Positions 23,801 to 35,966 of a DNA stretch of 64,000 bases are shown here, piece by piece. How positions within the stretch are numbered: the stretch's first letter is position 1; every line of letters starts with the position of its first letter. The translations under genes and the position numbers were made by a program. A model generated the notes under the pieces. The model was not told the origin of the DNA and did no database searches. It worked only from the letters and a program-made list of their open reading frames with translations. Source of the stretch: Blastocatellia bacterium (GTDB taxonomy: Bacteria; Acidobacteriota; Blastocatellia; UBA7656); NCBI GenBank assembly GCA_963765495.1, contig CAVXWP010000001.1:64001-128000 (forward strand). The letters are read 5' to 3'.

Positions 23801-24618
23801 ATCGAGTGCGCGCCGGGCGAGGCGGTCACTGTCTGCGTCAGATCGGCGCTCAAAGCGGAACTGCTTATAAAGCTGGTGCTCGCAGGTGTCCCGTCTATCA
23901 GGGCAAGCGATGCGCTCTGAAAATTCTCGCCTGTGATTATGAGCGTAACCGCGCCGCTACCGGTTACGACCGCGTCGGGCGAGATAGAGCCAATCAAAGG
24001 ATCGGTACTCACAAAGGGGTGTCCGTTCACTCGTGCGCCGGGTGAAAAGAGCCTGCCTTCGCTGCCCGCAATCGTCGAATGCGGCGCAAAATTTATTCCG
24101 ACAATATCGGGGTTGCGGTTGATGGATTGGTTGGCATTGCCTTCGGCCGAATTGTACGCAAGAGAATCAACGACCGCTCCCTGATTATTTTTGACCGTGA
24201 TCGTGTCGCCGCCGTTGTTTAAGGATAAGCCCGCGCCGGTTGCCGCAAAGACAAGCCCGTTTGCTCCGGCGTTGCCGAAAGAGCCCACAGGCACACCTCC
24301 GCCGAAAACCACGGCCGACTCGCCTGCCGGTATGATTTTGCCCGATGGAATTGTAAACCTGACCTGTACCGCATCGCTCACGGTGTAGCCGCTCACATCC
24401 AGAGGTATCGAGCCGGTATTGACCAACTCTATAAACTCATCATCGGTTGAATCACGCAAGCCGTCGCCGTTTGCATCGCCCGCTATGCCATCGGGCGGGT
24501 CAGCCAAAAACTCGTTGATGATGAGCGGCGCTGTTTGAGGCTCACGTGAAATCGCGCTTGATTCGAGGAACAGGAGAGAGACGCAACAGATCAAAAGGAC
24601 AACTATCTTTCCAGGCAT
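20854..24618 (-). CDS. Secreted protein with three lamin-tail-like domains and about eight IPT/TIG Ig-like repeats
   Basis: Signal peptide; 3x INE[FY]LADP..G..GDANGDG...DEF[IV]E..N ... LNNGGDTI ... FSPG; repeated P.I..isP...G.nF...V.N....SN units. Confidence 0.82.
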   Translation of the reverse strand: MPGKIVVLLICCVSLLFLESSAISREPQTAPLIINEFLADPPDGIAGDANGDGLRDSTDDEFIELVNTGSIPLDVSGYTVSDAVQVRFTIPSGKIIPAGESAVVFGGGVPVGSFGNAGANGLVFAATGAGLSLNNGGDTITVKNNQGAVVDSLAYNSAEGNANQSINRNPDIVGINFAPHSTIAGSEGRLFSPGARVNGHPFVSTDPLIGSISPDAVVTGSGAVTLIITGENFQSASLALIDGTPASTSFISSSALSADLTQTVTASPGAHSITVENPDQIISNAVTFTVLSRVGINEYLADPPDGAAGDANGDGIRDSAQDEFVEVVNRASVPLGVGGFTVSDAAQTRFTFPASTSIPAGEAAIIFGGGVPAGEFGNAASNGLVFTASLSLNNGGDTITLKDNGGNILEAIQYGSVEGNANQSINRNPDILGIIFAPHSTITASGGRLFSPGAQLNGSPFTTGPRISQLDPESINLGSEPFDLSIRGSGFEADSVALIDSIPVATMFVSESELIALVPANVRVVAGDHPVRVRNTGGNRSNEAKLFIIPPPPVIRSVLPGVILTGSISRIFIAGENFVTSSVVLVDDSSVATTYLNAGELQATLPATVTATTGSHSIRVRNGDGQLSNTRGLQIALPTSQITAISPEQASSGDPGFILTVAGAHFLESAMVVFGQTPVETDFISAAQLQAHVSASLITDIGLRSVKVVNGDGSVSNEAAFRVLPVAPFVYSIEPESVIEGNDDLTITISGEKFEPGALVYVIENFQFRSNLDATFINSGQIEARLPARFLQVAGNVPIIVVNPDTGVSNSADFKVLIKDPLVINEYLADPANGDEGDANGDGTRSSSQDEFVEILNRTAAPIEISGFKLSDADSIRHVFADGTIVPPFEAVVVFGGGRPTGPFGNAAENKLVFKASSGGLSLNNGGDTIKLEDNRGHIIQEIKFGSREGNADQSLNRDPDMDGRIFSPHRAIAVTGRLFSPGTKTTGKPFTTKPSIQKMSPASVHAGSSGFTLMISGANFLPGARVIFGQASLETAYLSDAKITTQISAELISEGGATEVHVQNPRGELSSAAKFLIVDDPPHIALVTPDRIGTRAKNIEIAITGERFERGAVITIGGEKVETIFGARDSLKASVPDKYFERAALLEVRVINADTNQSNAVTLTIENGPLLTRLPKKIKVGAIAVEIAIGGLEFKPGIVLIINEVEVQTVFVSDTQITARIPAQLIATPGTLSLTARNRDGGRSNTAVIKVVQ

Positions 24619-24734
24619 GGCCGAACTCCGGCAAGTCAAAAGCGGCTTGCATTTGAGTTGTTACCTGGGGATTTAAGGATTAGGGAACCGATCACTAATA
24701 AATGACGTGAAATCCTCTTCGGGCGATGCAAGAA

Positions 24735-24803
24735 TTAGACAGGATTTACATGATTTTGAAGAGATTAACAAGAATCTTGTTTAAACCTGTAAATCCTGTC
24801 TAA
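24735..24803. repeat. Family B nonamer-armed hairpin (ACAGGATTA / TAATCCTGT)
   Basis: ttagacaggatttacatgatt ... aaacctgtaaatcctgtctaa. Confidence 0.82.
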
Positions 24804-24807
24804 AAAA

Positions 24808-26661
24808 TCAATAATCGCCACGATTTCGACCGCGAGCCCCGAGCGCCCGATCCAGATTGAATGCGGCGCTTATCAAAGACAGATGCGTAAAAGCTTGAGG
24901 GTAATTGCCAAGGGCTTCGCCCCGATATCCGGTCTCTTCGGCGTAAAGACCCAGGCGGTTGGCATAGCCAAGCATCTTTTCAAATACCAGCCGGGCTTCA
25001 TCGAGCATGGCGCGATCTGTGCGGCCCGCCCGCGTCATCGCTTCGACCAGCCAGAAGGTGCATATGTTGAATGTGCCCTCTTCGCCTTCCAGCCCGTCGG
25101 CATACTCTTTCACGTTATATCTGTAGACGAGGCTGTTTGAGACAAGCCCCCCTTTGTCGGGTGACTCGTTGATTGCTTTCAGAGTTCTGAGCATTCTGGG
25201 GTCGGTGGGCGACAGGAAGAATACGAGCGGCATGGTGAGGTTTGCCGCGTCCAGCGAATTGCTGCCGTAATGTTGCACAAAGGCTCGCCGCTCGGCGCTC
25301 CATCCTCGCGCCATTACCTCTTCATATATCTTGTCCCTGACGTTCAGCCAGCGCTCTCTGTCTGCTGGAAAAGATCTCTTGTCTGCGAGGCGTAAAGCGC
25401 GGTCTATGGCTACCCAGCACATGACCTTCGAGTAGACGAAATGTTGTTGCCCTCCGCGAACCTCCCAGATGCCTTCATCCTTTCGCTGCCAGTTGTCGCA
25501 GACCCAGTTGACCAGATACCGGAGCCGCGTCCATAAATCATAAGAGATAGGCGTTCCGTACTTGTTATAAAGATAAACCGAGTCCATCAACTCGCCGTAA
25601 ATATCGAGCTGTAATTGATCGTAAGCGCCGTTGCCTACGCGGACCGGGCCCGAGCCTTTATAACCCTCCAGATGGTCGAGCGTCTCTTCGGTAAGCGTGT
25701 GGCGTCCGTCGATGCCGTACATGATCTGCAACGGCGCATCCGGGTTAAGGTTGTGACAGACCGCTCCCAGCCAGTTCATGAACTGACCGGCCTCTTCGGT
25801 GAAACCTATGCGGAGCAGACCGTAGAGCGTGAAGGCCGCATCGCGAATCCATGTGTAGCGATAGTCCCAGTTGCGACCGCCTCCCACCTCTTCTGGAAGG
25901 CTGCAAGTCGGGGCCGCCACTATCGCGCCCGATGGCTCGAATGTTAAGAGCTTCAGAACCAGCGCCGAGCGATGAACCATCTCGCGCCACCTGCCCGTGT
26001 ATGTGCACTTTCCTATCCAGTCGCGCCAGAATTGAACGGTCTGTTTGAATTGTTCTTCGGCCTCTTCCTCTGAAATCATAGCGCCGCATTGCGTCCCCGG
26101 CTCGTTTTCTCGAAGCACGAAGGCGGCGGTTTCTCCTTCCTGCAAAGTAAATTCGGCGACCGCTCCGTTCCCTTCCTTTCGAAGCGGGATACGCGAGGTG
26201 AGTGCGAGACTGAGGCTCGGCGTATTAAAACAGAAGCCTTCGGGGTAAACCTCGGTCTCGTGAGGGGTCCTCGCGTAATTGAACGCGGGATAACATTCGA
26301 CGCGAAAAGGCATGGCCCCGCGCACTACGTTCACCCGTCGCACGAGTTGATGGGAACCGAACCGCCGGCCAGCCCTGCCCACCGGCATGTAATCCATGAT
26401 CTCGGCCACGCCTTCGGGCGAGAGAAAGCGCGTTATCAAGACGTTGGTGTCGGGCCAGTAAAACTGCTTATATGTTATCTCGTCAGGGATGGGCGCGATC
26501 TTGAACCGCCCGCCTTTTTTGTCGTCCAGAATAGCCGCAAAGACGCTCGGTGAATCGAAGAACGGGAAGCAAAACCAGTCTATTGATCCATCCATTCCCA
26601 CAAGAGCCGTCGTGTGCATATCGCCGATGATCCCATAGTTTTCGATAGGTTGATAAGGCAT
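24808..26661 (-). CDS. Glycoside hydrolase family 15 (glucoamylase/trehalase-like)
   Basis: [46 protein letters not shown]. Confidence 0.93.
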   Translation of the reverse strand: MPYQPIENYGIIGDMHTTALVGMDGSIDWFCFPFFDSPSVFAAILDDKKGGRFKIAPIPDEITYKQFYWPDTNVLITRFLSPEGVAEIMDYMPVGRAGRRFGSHQLVRRVNVVRGAMPFRVECYPAFNYARTPHETEVYPEGFCFNTPSLSLALTSRIPLRKEGNGAVAEFTLQEGETAAFVLRENEPGTQCGAMISEEEAEEQFKQTVQFWRDWIGKCTYTGRWREMVHRSALVLKLLTFEPSGAIVAAPTCSLPEEVGGGRNWDYRYTWIRDAAFTLYGLLRIGFTEEAGQFMNWLGAVCHNLNPDAPLQIMYGIDGRHTLTEETLDHLEGYKGSGPVRVGNGAYDQLQLDIYGELMDSVYLYNKYGTPISYDLWTRLRYLVNWVCDNWQRKDEGIWEVRGGQQHFVYSKVMCWVAIDRALRLADKRSFPADRERWLNVRDKIYEEVMARGWSAERRAFVQHYGSNSLDAANLTMPLVFFLSPTDPRMLRTLKAINESPDKGGLVSNSLVYRYNVKEYADGLEGEEGTFNICTFWLVEAMTRAGRTDRAMLDEARLVFEKMLGYANRLGLYAEETGYRGEALGNYPQAFTHLSLISAAFNLDRALGARGRNRGDY

Positions 26662-26877
26662 AGTTTTCCTGTCCTCAAATGGTTGTCCGCAAGTGCGGGT
26701 TAGCAGTGTAGGGTTGACGGCTGCCAGTATATCACACGGAGCATTACTCTCTAAGCCGAACTGCTTGTATGTTGTGCGCCGAGAGATTGTAGAGAATAGA
26801 AAAGACTGATATAAAGGGGGCGATATTCGTCAAATGAAAACCCGTTTACGCTGCACTGATAGACCGGAGGATGACCA

Positions 26878-27924
<1,047 letters not shown>

Positions 27925-27971
27925 TTAATAGGATTTCATGGCGCGAAGTGTCTGGCCGAAATTGGTGATTG

Positions 27972-28520
27972 ATGCAAGCGAGTAACGAAAGAGTTGCAGC
28001 TTTCGCTTACGCGACAATCGTCGCGCTGACGGTCGCCTGGATAGCGGGCGCAATCCTCCTGCCGCTTTCAGCCGGAGCCCAAGCGGGTGATTCCAACGGC
28101 CTGACTATCAGTTCGCTGATTCATTACACCTATGGCAGGGTATGCCATCAAATAGCCGAGAGGTCATTTCACATCCATGGGCAACCCGTCGCTGTCTGCG
28201 CCCGATGTCTGGGCATTTATGTGGGATACCTCGCCGGGCTTGTGGTTTATCCGTTCGCGCGTTCGATTGGACGCGCGGACGCGCCGCCCCGCTTGTGGTT
28301 TCTGCTTGCGTCAATCCCGGTCACGATAGATTTCTTTGGCGGCTATTTCGGCGTATTTGAAAACACGCTTGTCTCGCGCGCGGTCACGGGAATGATCGTA
28401 GGCGCGGCAGGCGCTTTCTACACGCTGCCCGGTCTGGTTTCGATGGTCTGCCTCTGGTTTAAGCAACGCGAAGATGCGCGTCAAAGAGGGGCCTTCGAGG
28501 AGGCGGCAATTCATCAATAA
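27972..28520 (+). CDS. DUF2085 membrane protein
   Basis: CHQIAERSF and VCARCLGIY motifs, several TM helices. Confidence 0.85.
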   Translation: MQASNERVAAFAYATIVALTVAWIAGAILLPLSAGAQAGDSNGLTISSLIHYTYGRVCHQIAERSFHIHGQPVAVCARCLGIYVGYLAGLVVYPFARSIGRADAPPRLWFLLASIPVTIDFFGGYFGVFENTLVSRAVTGMIVGAAGAFYTLPGLVSMVCLWFKQREDARQRGAFEEAAIHQ

Positions 28521-28601
28521 AGTATGACGGGTTGAGCGACCTGTTTGTACGGAGAGAGAGACTCGCCGAAGTTTGGCGAAGTTTAAAAAGGAGGCTATAC
28601 A

Positions 28602-29162
28602 GTGACTGAAAAACCGAGCAAGATAAAGCCCGCGATCATCGGCGGTGTTGTTCTTGGATTGCTGTCTTCCATCCCTATCGTCAGCGCGGGCAATATATGT
28701 TGTTGTCTGTGGGTATTGCTTGGCGGGGCGCTGGCTGCGAGGATGCTTATAAAGGATTCTCCGATCTATCCCGTCACGACCTCAGACGGCGCGGTAGTCG
28801 GAGTGCTTGCGGGCGCATTTGGCGCGCTCGTGAACCTTATCATAGGAGTGCCCCTCGGCCTTGCGATGAGCGTAGGGGGGAATTACGCGGTAATGGAACA
28901 ACTCACCAAGGTTGTAAACAACCCGGAATTCAGCGAGGCGATAAGGCAACAGATGGAGATGGCTCAACACCAGTCCATGGCCCAACGTCTTGGAGGTGCC
29001 CTGGTGTTCTGGATTATCGGCGCTTTAATCACGATTGGATTTGCCGCGCTCGGAGGCATCATCGGCGTGGCGCTATTTGAAAAACGCAAGGGGCAGCAGA
29101 TGCCGCCGCCGGGCTACCCGCCGCCGCCTTATCCTCCCCCGGGATCGCCTTATCAGGGATGA
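28602..29162 (+). CDS. Membrane protein with CCC motif and Pro-rich tail
   Basis: PAIIGGVVLGLLS.IP...NICCCLW, about four TM helices, AGGAGG RBS. Confidence 0.78.
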   Translation: MTEKPSKIKPAIIGGVVLGLLSSIPIVSAGNICCCLWVLLGGALAARMLIKDSPIYPVTTSDGAVVGVLAGAFGALVNLIIGVPLGLAMSVGGNYAVMEQLTKVVNNPEFSEAIRQQMEMAQHQSMAQRLGGALVFWIIGALITIGFAALGGIIGVALFEKRKGQQMPPPGYPPPPYPPPGSPYQG

Positions 29163-29171
29163 TGCGGGAAA

Positions 29172-29269
29172 GGGGAAACGTGATGCGTGAATCGTGATGC
29201 GATGTCAGGCAATCAGGGTTTTCTGATAATTCTCCTATAAGTCACAAATCACGATTCACGTTTCACCCC
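29172..29269. repeat. Diverged family A heptamer-armed hairpin
   Basis: ggggaaacgtgatgcgtgaatcgtgat ... gtcacaaatcacgattcacgtttcacccc. Confidence 0.75.
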
Positions 29270-29334
29270 TCTCTTGCGGTATGATTAAACGGTAAGTAAA
29301 ACGACAACGTCTAAAGGGTAAGGGGAATAACACG

Positions 29335-29874
29335 ATGAATGATTCTAATAAGCCTTCTATCGCCGATCTTGATGTCCCCCTCGAACGAGACGTATTCTTG
29401 CGCACCTTGATTCGCGAGCTGTCAGGCACTCTGCAAGACATAGTCGGTCTCGAAGAAGCCTCGGGGTTTATCAGCGTTGTGGGCCAGAATATGGGACGGC
29501 AGATTGGCGGCGAGTATAGGGCGGCGCTCGGCGTAGCCAATCTCAACCGCGAACAGGTTTCCGACGTGCTGGTTGATCTGAAGAGACGAATCCAGGGTGA
29601 TTTCTATGTGATAGAAGAGGACGAAGAGAAGATCGTTCTGGGCAATCGTGCGTGTCCTTTTGCCGAAAAAGTCATAGGCCGCCCGGTAATGTGCATGATG
29701 ACCTCGAACGTCTTCGGCTCGATCGCCGCCGACAACCTCGGTTACGCTAAGGTGGAATTGCAGGAGACTATCGCTGCGGGCGAGGATCATTGCAGAGTGG
29801 TCGTTTACCTGAAAGAGACCCCATTGTCTGCCTCTCGCAAAGGAAGAGAGTATTTCAGGGGAGACGAGAGTTGA
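29335..29874 (+). CDS. Methanogen output domain 1 (MetOD1, V4R-like) protein
   Basis: [38 protein letters not shown]...CRVVVYL. Confidence 0.82.
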   Translation: MNDSNKPSIADLDVPLERDVFLRTLIRELSGTLQDIVGLEEASGFISVVGQNMGRQIGGEYRAALGVANLNREQVSDVLVDLKRRIQGDFYVIEEDEEKIVLGNRACPFAEKVIGRPVMCMMTSNVFGSIAADNLGYAKVELQETIAAGEDHCRVVVYLKETPLSASRKGREYFRGDES

Positions 29875-32441
29875 CCGAGGATCAGTTTCTCGAACTGGCT
29901 CGCCTATTGCCCGAACCCATGCTGCTTGTTTCCGGCGACGGTTACATCCGGGCGGCAAATCCTCGCGCGTATGAAATCGCGGGCCTCGACGACCGGGATT
30001 TGACGGGGAGGCGGCTTTCGGACCTGGTCGTTGACCCTCCAGAAAAAGTCGCGGATTACTTAAAGATATGTTCCAGAAACAGAGAGGCGGTTTTCGGCTC
30101 GCTCGCCTTCGCTGCCCGCGATGATGAAGTTATCGAGTGCCGTATGGAAGGCGCGGTCGTGCGTCCCTGGTCCGAAAGCGCCCCGGCGCAGGTCTGGCTG
30201 CGGCTGAAACCAAAACAGGCGGCAGCTTCCGGCTTTACCCTGCTCAATGAAAAGATAGACCAGTTGATCCGGGAAATTGCCGAGCGTAAGCTTATGGCCG
30301 CACGCCTCCGCGAACAGACCGAAGCCGTAGAGACGGTCAATCGAATAGGCCGGGTGCTGACGGCCGAGATGGACCTTCAGAAACTTGTGCAGGCCGTCAC
30401 CGATGCGGCCACCGAGCTTACCGGCGCGCGGTTTGGTTCCTTCTTTTATAACGTCATCAATCAGGAAGGCGAATCCTACATGCTCTACACGCTTTCGGGC
30501 GTCCCGCGCGAAGCGTTCGAGCATTTTCCTATGCCGCGCGCCACGGATTTGTTTGGGCCAACCTTTCGCGGCGAGGGGACTATACGCATTGATAATGTGA
30601 AGGAAGACCCTAGATACGGCAAGAACTCGCCGTATTACGGAATGCCGCCGGGTCATCTTCCCGTGACCAGTTATCTGGCGGTCCCGGTCATCTCGCGTTC
30701 AGGCGAAGTAATAGGCGGGCTTTTCTTTGGGCACCCCAAGGTGGGAATCTTTACCGAACATCAAGAGCGCATAGTCGAAGGGCTTGCGGCGCAGACGGCC
30801 GTCGCTATGGATAATGCCCGGCTGCTTGAGTCGGCGCAGCGTGACCGGCGGCAGGCAGAGGCGAGCGAACGACACTATCGCTTTCTTGCCGAAGCAATCC
30901 CTCAGATTGTGTGGACCGCCCAGCCGGACGGCTCGCTCGATTACTACAACGACCAGTGGTACAAGTACACGGGAATGACTTTTGAAGAGACCCGGGGGTG
31001 GGGCTGGCAGCCCGTACTGCATCCCGAAGATCTGCCCATATGTCTCGACGCCTGGACCAGATCGCTTGAGACCGGCCAGGCTTATGAAATCGAGTACCGC
31101 TTCAAGCGAGCCTCAGACGGCGCTTATCGATGGCATCTCGGGCGCGCCCTGCCCCTGCGCGACCGGGAAGGGAAAATTGTAAAGTGGTTCGGAACCTGCA
31201 CCGACATAGACGACCAAAAACGATCCGAGCAATCGTTGCGCTTTCTGGCCGAAGAAAACGAGAGGCTCTATCATAAAGCGCAGGAGGCGAGCCACGCCAA
31301 GGATGAGTTTCTGGCGACCGTCTCTCATGAATTGCGAACGCCGCTAAATGCCATACTTGGCTGGAGTCAGGTGATGCAAAGAGGCCGCCTCGATCAGGCG
31401 TCTCAAGCCCGCGCGCTTGAGACCATCGAGCGCAATTCAAAGTTGCAGGCACAACTGATCAACGACATTCTCGATGTATCGCGGATCATAACGGGCAAGC
31501 TGCGCCTCGACCTTCGCCCCGTCGAACTCGCCTCTGTAATACAGGCGGCTGTTGAAACCGTGCGCCCGACGGCTGATGCCAGAAACGTGCGCCTTCAGAT
31601 AATACTCGATAACGGGCCGGGCTCCGTGCTTGGAGACCCGGACCGCCTGCAACAGATCATCTGGAATCTGCTGTCGAACGCCATCAAATTCACTCCCGCC
31701 CGGGGAAGCGTGCTGACACAGCTCGCGCGCGTCGATTCTCATATGGAGATAACCGTGAGCGATACGGGCCGGGGCATCCATCCCGATTTTTTGCCGCACG
31801 TATTCGAGCGTTTCCGCCAGGCCGACAGCACCAGTTCGAGAACGCACGGCGGCCTCGGCCTCGGGCTTGCGATTGTGCGCCATCTGGTGGAAGCGCACGG
31901 CGGAACCGTTCAGGCCGAAAGCGCGGGCGATGGGCTTGGAGCCACCTTTACAGTGAAACTGCCCCTGATGGCCGGATATGTAAAACAGGAGTCTGTTCAG
32001 TATTCGTCTCTTGCGGGCGAGCCTGACACGGTGACTCAGCCCGTCCCGGCTCTTGACGGCCTGCGCATCCTGGTCGTTGATGACGAACCCGAAGCCCAGC
32101 GAGTTCTCGCGATGATGCTTCAGCCTCTGGGGGCAGAAATAAAGACCTGCAACTCTGCCGATGAGGCTCTCGAAGAGGTGCCGCGTTTTAAGCCGGATGT
32201 GATAGTGAGCGATATTGGGATGCCGGGCGAGGACGGGTACTCGCTGATTCGCAAGGTGCGAGCAAGAAGCGCGGACGAGGGAGGAAGGATTCCGGCCATT
32301 GCGCTCACGGCATACGCCAGAAGCGAGGACCGAATACGCGCGCTCGCCGCCGGGTTTCAGGCGCACGTCCCAAAGCCGGTTGATTTGACCGAACTGGCCT
32401 TAGCAATCGCAAGCCTCGTCGGGCGAACCGGGTCGAGTTGA
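29871..32441 (+). CDS. Hybrid sensor histidine kinase (PAS-GAF-PAS/PAC-HisKA-HATPase-REC)
   Basis: [42 protein letters not shown] start at 29871 overlapping the MetOD1 stop is more likely than 29790. Confidence 0.93.
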   Translation: MTEDQFLELARLLPEPMLLVSGDGYIRAANPRAYEIAGLDDRDLTGRRLSDLVVDPPEKVADYLKICSRNREAVFGSLAFAARDDEVIECRMEGAVVRPWSESAPAQVWLRLKPKQAAASGFTLLNEKIDQLIREIAERKLMAARLREQTEAVETVNRIGRVLTAEMDLQKLVQAVTDAATELTGARFGSFFYNVINQEGESYMLYTLSGVPREAFEHFPMPRATDLFGPTFRGEGTIRIDNVKEDPRYGKNSPYYGMPPGHLPVTSYLAVPVISRSGEVIGGLFFGHPKVGIFTEHQERIVEGLAAQTAVAMDNARLLESAQRDRRQAEASERHYRFLAEAIPQIVWTAQPDGSLDYYNDQWYKYTGMTFEETRGWGWQPVLHPEDLPICLDAWTRSLETGQAYEIEYRFKRASDGAYRWHLGRALPLRDREGKIVKWFGTCTDIDDQKRSEQSLRFLAEENERLYHKAQEASHAKDEFLATVSHELRTPLNAILGWSQVMQRGRLDQASQARALETIERNSKLQAQLINDILDVSRIITGKLRLDLRPVELASVIQAAVETVRPTADARNVRLQIILDNGPGSVLGDPDRLQQIIWNLLSNAIKFTPARGSVLTQLARVDSHMEITVSDTGRGIHPDFLPHVFERFRQADSTSSRTHGGLGLGLAIVRHLVEAHGGTVQAESAGDGLGATFTVKLPLMAGYVKQESVQYSSLAGEPDTVTQPVPALDGLRILVVDDEPEAQRVLAMMLQPLGAEIKTCNSADEALEEVPRFKPDVIVSDIGMPGEDGYSLIRKVRARSADEGGRIPAIALTAYARSEDRIRALAAGFQAHVPKPVDLTELALAIASLVGRTGSS

Positions 32442-32476
32442 TCGAAAGCATATCTTTATAAGAGAAGAGGGAATTT

Positions 32477-32544
32477 GCCACCGCAGACACAAAGACACAG
32501 GGATTATTTTAATCTTTTCTCTGCGTCTTTGTGTCTGCGGTGGC
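32477..32544. repeat. Family C hairpin element (GCCAC..AG.CACAAAGACACAG arms)
   Basis: gccaccgcagacacaaagacacag ... ctgcgtctttgtgtctgcggtggc; second copy at 37476. Confidence 0.85.
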
Positions 32545-32643
32545 TATTCTGAATTTTTGCGCGAAAGCGCCGTCCTTGACACATTTTCAGGCCGTGTGTT
32601 AATTTTCGTGGCTTGAACCGGCCGTAGATTTCTTAGTAGAGGA

Positions 32644-33138
32644 GTGTACATTTTGCTCGCGATTATAGCGCTCGCTCTCGCGGAGGGCGAAGGCAGCATT
32701 ATAGACCTGGACGGCTCGCTCATTGTAGTATTAATTCTGTTTTTGATATTTGTATTCTTGATGACCCGGTTGTTGTTCAAACCCGTTGGCCGGGTTCTGG
32801 CCGAGCGAGAGTCGTTAACGGTGGGCGCAGTCACCGAAGCGCGTGCCGCCAATCGCCAATACAAGTCACGCCTTGAAGAGTATGAATCCGCTATACGGCA
32901 GGCTCGCGCCGAAAGCTATCGCTTTCTTGAGCAGCGTCGCGCGGCTACGCTCGAAGAGCGCCGCCAGATGATAGAACAGGCCAGGGGCGAGGCTACCGAA
33001 AAGATCGAGAATGCCAGAACTGAAATCGCGGCGCAAAGCGAAACGACTCGCGCCGAACTCGAATCCGAATCCCGCCGAATCGCCGACCAGATTTCGCGCA
33101 CCGTTCTGGGTCGCCCAATCGGAGGTGCAGCCGATTGA
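32644..33138 (+). CDS. atpF: ATP synthase F0 subunit b'
   Basis: One TM helix, then LLFKPV..VL.ER and a coiled coil; first gene of the atp cluster; true start may be TTG 32653. Confidence 0.85.
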   Translation: MYILLAIIALALAEGEGSIIDLDGSLIVVLILFLIFVFLMTRLLFKPVGRVLAERESLTVGAVTEARAANRQYKSRLEEYESAIRQARAESYRFLEQRRAATLEERRQMIEQARGEATEKIENARTEIAAQSETTRAELESESRRIADQISRTVLGRPIGGAAD

Positions 33139-33689
33139 TTATTGATCCCTTTTTCCAGATGCTTATGCCCGCTCTTGCCGACCCTGCCGCCGGAGGCTCT
33201 CTGCTTAGCAATCCTGACCTGTGGCGGGTGATTAACCTTTTAGTATTCGTGGTCCTGCTTGTTTACATACTCCGCAACAAGCTGAAGATCGGGCGTGTAT
33301 TCGATAACCGCGCGGCCACTATTGTAAAAGAGCTTGAAGAGGCCCGGCGCGATAAACAGGCAGCCGAAGAACAACTCAACCAGCTTACCGAACGGCTCAC
33401 GCGCCTCGACCAGGAAGTGGCCGAAATACGCGCCGAGGCCGAACGCGAAGCCGCGCGCGAGGACGAGCGCATACGCGAGGGCGCACGTGCCGATGCGGAA
33501 AAGATCAGGCAGATGGCCGAACGCGAAATCACGGGCGCTATGAAGGCTGCGCGCACAGAGCTTCGCGCCTTTGTGGCCGAGCACGCGGTCGAGATGGCCG
33601 AGGCGACAATACGGCGCGAAATCCGGCCCGAAGACAACAGCCGGATTCTCGACAAATATATTGAACAGATGCGCGAGGTGAACAGATGA
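33135..33689 (+). CDS. atpF: ATP synthase F0 subunit b
   Basis: WRVINLLVFV TM, F.NRA..I..EL coiled coil, precedes atpH. Confidence 0.88.
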   Translation: MIIDPFFQMLMPALADPAAGGSLLSNPDLWRVINLLVFVVLLVYILRNKLKIGRVFDNRAATIVKELEEARRDKQAAEEQLNQLTERLTRLDQEVAEIRAEAEREAAREDERIREGARADAEKIRQMAEREITGAMKAARTELRAFVAEHAVEMAEATIRREIRPEDNSRILDKYIEQMREVNR

Positions 33690-34234
33690 GCGTTATGACA
33701 GTAGCCCGTCGCTACAGCGAGGCGCTCGCCGATGTCGCCATCGAGCGCAATCTGGTCGAGCAGATCGACTCCGAGGTCCGGTCTTTTGTGGAGATGATGG
33801 GGCAAAACCACGAACTGCGCGAGGTATTTGCAAGTCCCGTCTTATCAAATGATGATAAGAGCCGTGTGCTTGAAGCGCTCATAAGCCGAAGCAACCCCGG
33901 CAAGATGACCGCAAATCTGCTCAGGACGCTTCTCAAACACTATCGCCTGCACCATCTGGACGCGGTTTACGAACGGTTTCGCCAGGAGATAAACGAGCGC
34001 CGGGGCATCCTTCGCGCAGATATCACGACCGCCGGGCCGGTCAGCGAAGATCAGCAGACGGTCTTGAGCCGGAATATTCAGGAGATGACCGGCAAGAAAG
34101 TTCAACTTCAATTCAAATCCGATCCTTCGCTCATAGGCGGAGTGGTCACGCGCATCGGTTCGGTGGTCTATGACGGCTCGATACGCACCCAGCTTGAGAC
34201 CGTAAAACAACGGCTCAAATCGGGAAGCATTTAG
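33686..34234 (+). CDS. atpH: ATP synthase F1 delta subunit
   Basis: VARRYSEAL, DPSLIGGVVTRIGSVVYDGS. Confidence 0.95.
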   Translation: MSVMTVARRYSEALADVAIERNLVEQIDSEVRSFVEMMGQNHELREVFASPVLSNDDKSRVLEALISRSNPGKMTANLLRTLLKHYRLHHLDAVYERFRQEINERRGILRADITTAGPVSEDQQTVLSRNIQEMTGKKVQLQFKSDPSLIGGVVTRIGSVVYDGSIRTQLETVKQRLKSGSI

Positions 34235-34286
34235 AGGTCTGAGATAATAATTCTCAAATCTCATATCCGCATTTTTACGGGGGACT

Positions 34287-35852
34287 GTGATGGAAGGAAT
34301 CAGAGCAGACGAGATAAGTAAAATAATTCGACAGCAGATCGAAGGGTTCGACACGAGCGTCGAGATTAGCGAAGTAGGCAACATCATACAGGTAGGCGAC
34401 GGCATCGCCGAGATATATGGACTTGAGCGCGTGATGGCGGGCGAGCTGCTGGAACTGCCGCACGAGGTCGCGGGCATCGCGCTCAACCTTGAAGAAGACA
34501 AGGTCGGCGCGGTCCTGTTCGGCGAGTACGCAAAGATCAAAGAAGGCGATGTGGTCCGCCGCACAAAGCGAATCATGTCGGTTCCGGTAGGCGACGAGAT
34601 TATCGGTCGCGTGGTCGACCCGCTGACTCGCCCGCTCGACGGACGCGGCCCTATAGACACGGGCGGCAAGTTCAATCCGCTTGAGAAACTCGCCCCCGGC
34701 GTTATGGACCGCGCGCCCGTGCGCGAGCCTATGATGACGGGTCTCAAGGCTATTGACGCGATGGTTCCAATCGGACGCGGCCAGCGCGAGTTGATAATCG
34801 GCGACCGCCAGACGGGTAAAACCGCCGTCGCCATTGATGCCATAATCAACTCGAAGGGCAAAGACCTGATCTGCATTTACGTAGCCATAGGTCAAAAGGA
34901 ATCGACCGTCGCGCAGGTACAAAAGACGCTCGAAGATTATGGCGCGATGGCTTATACGATTATCGTGGACGCTTCGGCCTCAAGCCCCGCCGCTATGCAA
35001 TACATAGCGCCGTACGCGGGCTGCGCGATGGGCGAGTACTTCCGCGACCGGGGCCAGCACGTTTTGTGCATCTACGACGATCTTTCAAAACACGCCTGGG
35101 CATATCGCTCTATTTCGCTTCTGCTCAGACGACCGCCCGGACGCGAAGCATATCCCGGCGATGTCTTTTATCTGCACTCCCGATTGCTCGAACGCGCGGC
35201 AAAGCTGTCGGACCTGCTTGGCGGCGGAAGCCTGACGGCGCTGCCGATAATCGAGACACAGGCGGGCGACCTTTCGGCTTACATCCCGACAAACGTCATC
35301 TCGATCACGGACGGCCAGATATTTCTCGAATCCGACCTGTTCCATTCGGGCGTGCGACCCGCAATCAACGTGGGCAACTCGGTTTCTCGCGTGGGCGGTT
35401 CGGCTCAGATCAAGGCTATGAAACAGGTAGCCGGTACGCTCCGACTCGACCTCGCGCAGTTCCGCGAGCTTGCGGCCTTCACGCTGTTTGGCTCGGATCT
35501 CGACAAGGCCACGCAGGCGCAGCTTGCTCGCGGCCAGCGATTGACCGAGATACTGAAGCAGCCGCAGTATTCGCCTATGCCGGTCGAGCAACAGATTATG
35601 ATTATCTGGGCGGCGACCAACGGCTTTATTGACGACGTGGCTATGGAAGATGTGAAGAAATTCGAACAAGGGCTGCTCAATTTCCTTGAAAACGCAAGAG
35701 CGGGCCTGCTCGAAAAGATTCGCACCAAGAAGGCGCTCGATGACGAGTTGCGCGAAGAGATGCGCGCGGCCGTCTCCGAGTTCAAAGAACGCTTTACTGC
35801 CGATATGGGCAGCGCGGCAGGTCGTGCCGCATCTCCCGCCGCGGCAGATTGA
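34287..35852 (+). CDS. atpA: ATP synthase F1 alpha subunit
   Basis: [31 protein letters not shown]. Confidence 0.99.
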   Translation: MMEGIRADEISKIIRQQIEGFDTSVEISEVGNIIQVGDGIAEIYGLERVMAGELLELPHEVAGIALNLEEDKVGAVLFGEYAKIKEGDVVRRTKRIMSVPVGDEIIGRVVDPLTRPLDGRGPIDTGGKFNPLEKLAPGVMDRAPVREPMMTGLKAIDAMVPIGRGQRELIIGDRQTGKTAVAIDAIINSKGKDLICIYVAIGQKESTVAQVQKTLEDYGAMAYTIIVDASASSPAAMQYIAPYAGCAMGEYFRDRGQHVLCIYDDLSKHAWAYRSISLLLRRPPGREAYPGDVFYLHSRLLERAAKLSDLLGGGSLTALPIIETQAGDLSAYIPTNVISITDGQIFLESDLFHSGVRPAINVGNSVSRVGGSAQIKAMKQVAGTLRLDLAQFRELAAFTLFGSDLDKATQAQLARGQRLTEILKQPQYSPMPVEQQIMIIWAATNGFIDDVAMEDVKKFEQGLLNFLENARAGLLEKIRTKKALDDELREEMRAAVSEFKERFTADMGSAAGRAASPAAAD

Positions 35853-35854
35853 TA

Positions 35855-35966
35855 GAGGAGTGTCGGGAGTCAGGGGCCGGGGGCCGGGGAAGAGAAGTGG
35901 GTGATCTGGTTCGTCAATCTTTCCTTCCGGCCTCCGGCCCCGACCCCCGACCCCCGATCCCTGATT
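35855..35966. repeat. Family F hairpin with (GGGGCCG/GGGGTCG)n heptamer arms filling the atpA-atpG gap
   Basis: gtcgggagtcaggggccgggggccgg ... ccggcctccggccccgacccccgacccccgatccc, ending just before the atpG ATG. Confidence 0.85.

Noticed and set aside
35901-35966. N-terminal extension of AtpG in the ORF track
   Set aside because: It is the translated right arm of the family F repeat; the conserved AtpG start is MANLQDI at 35967.
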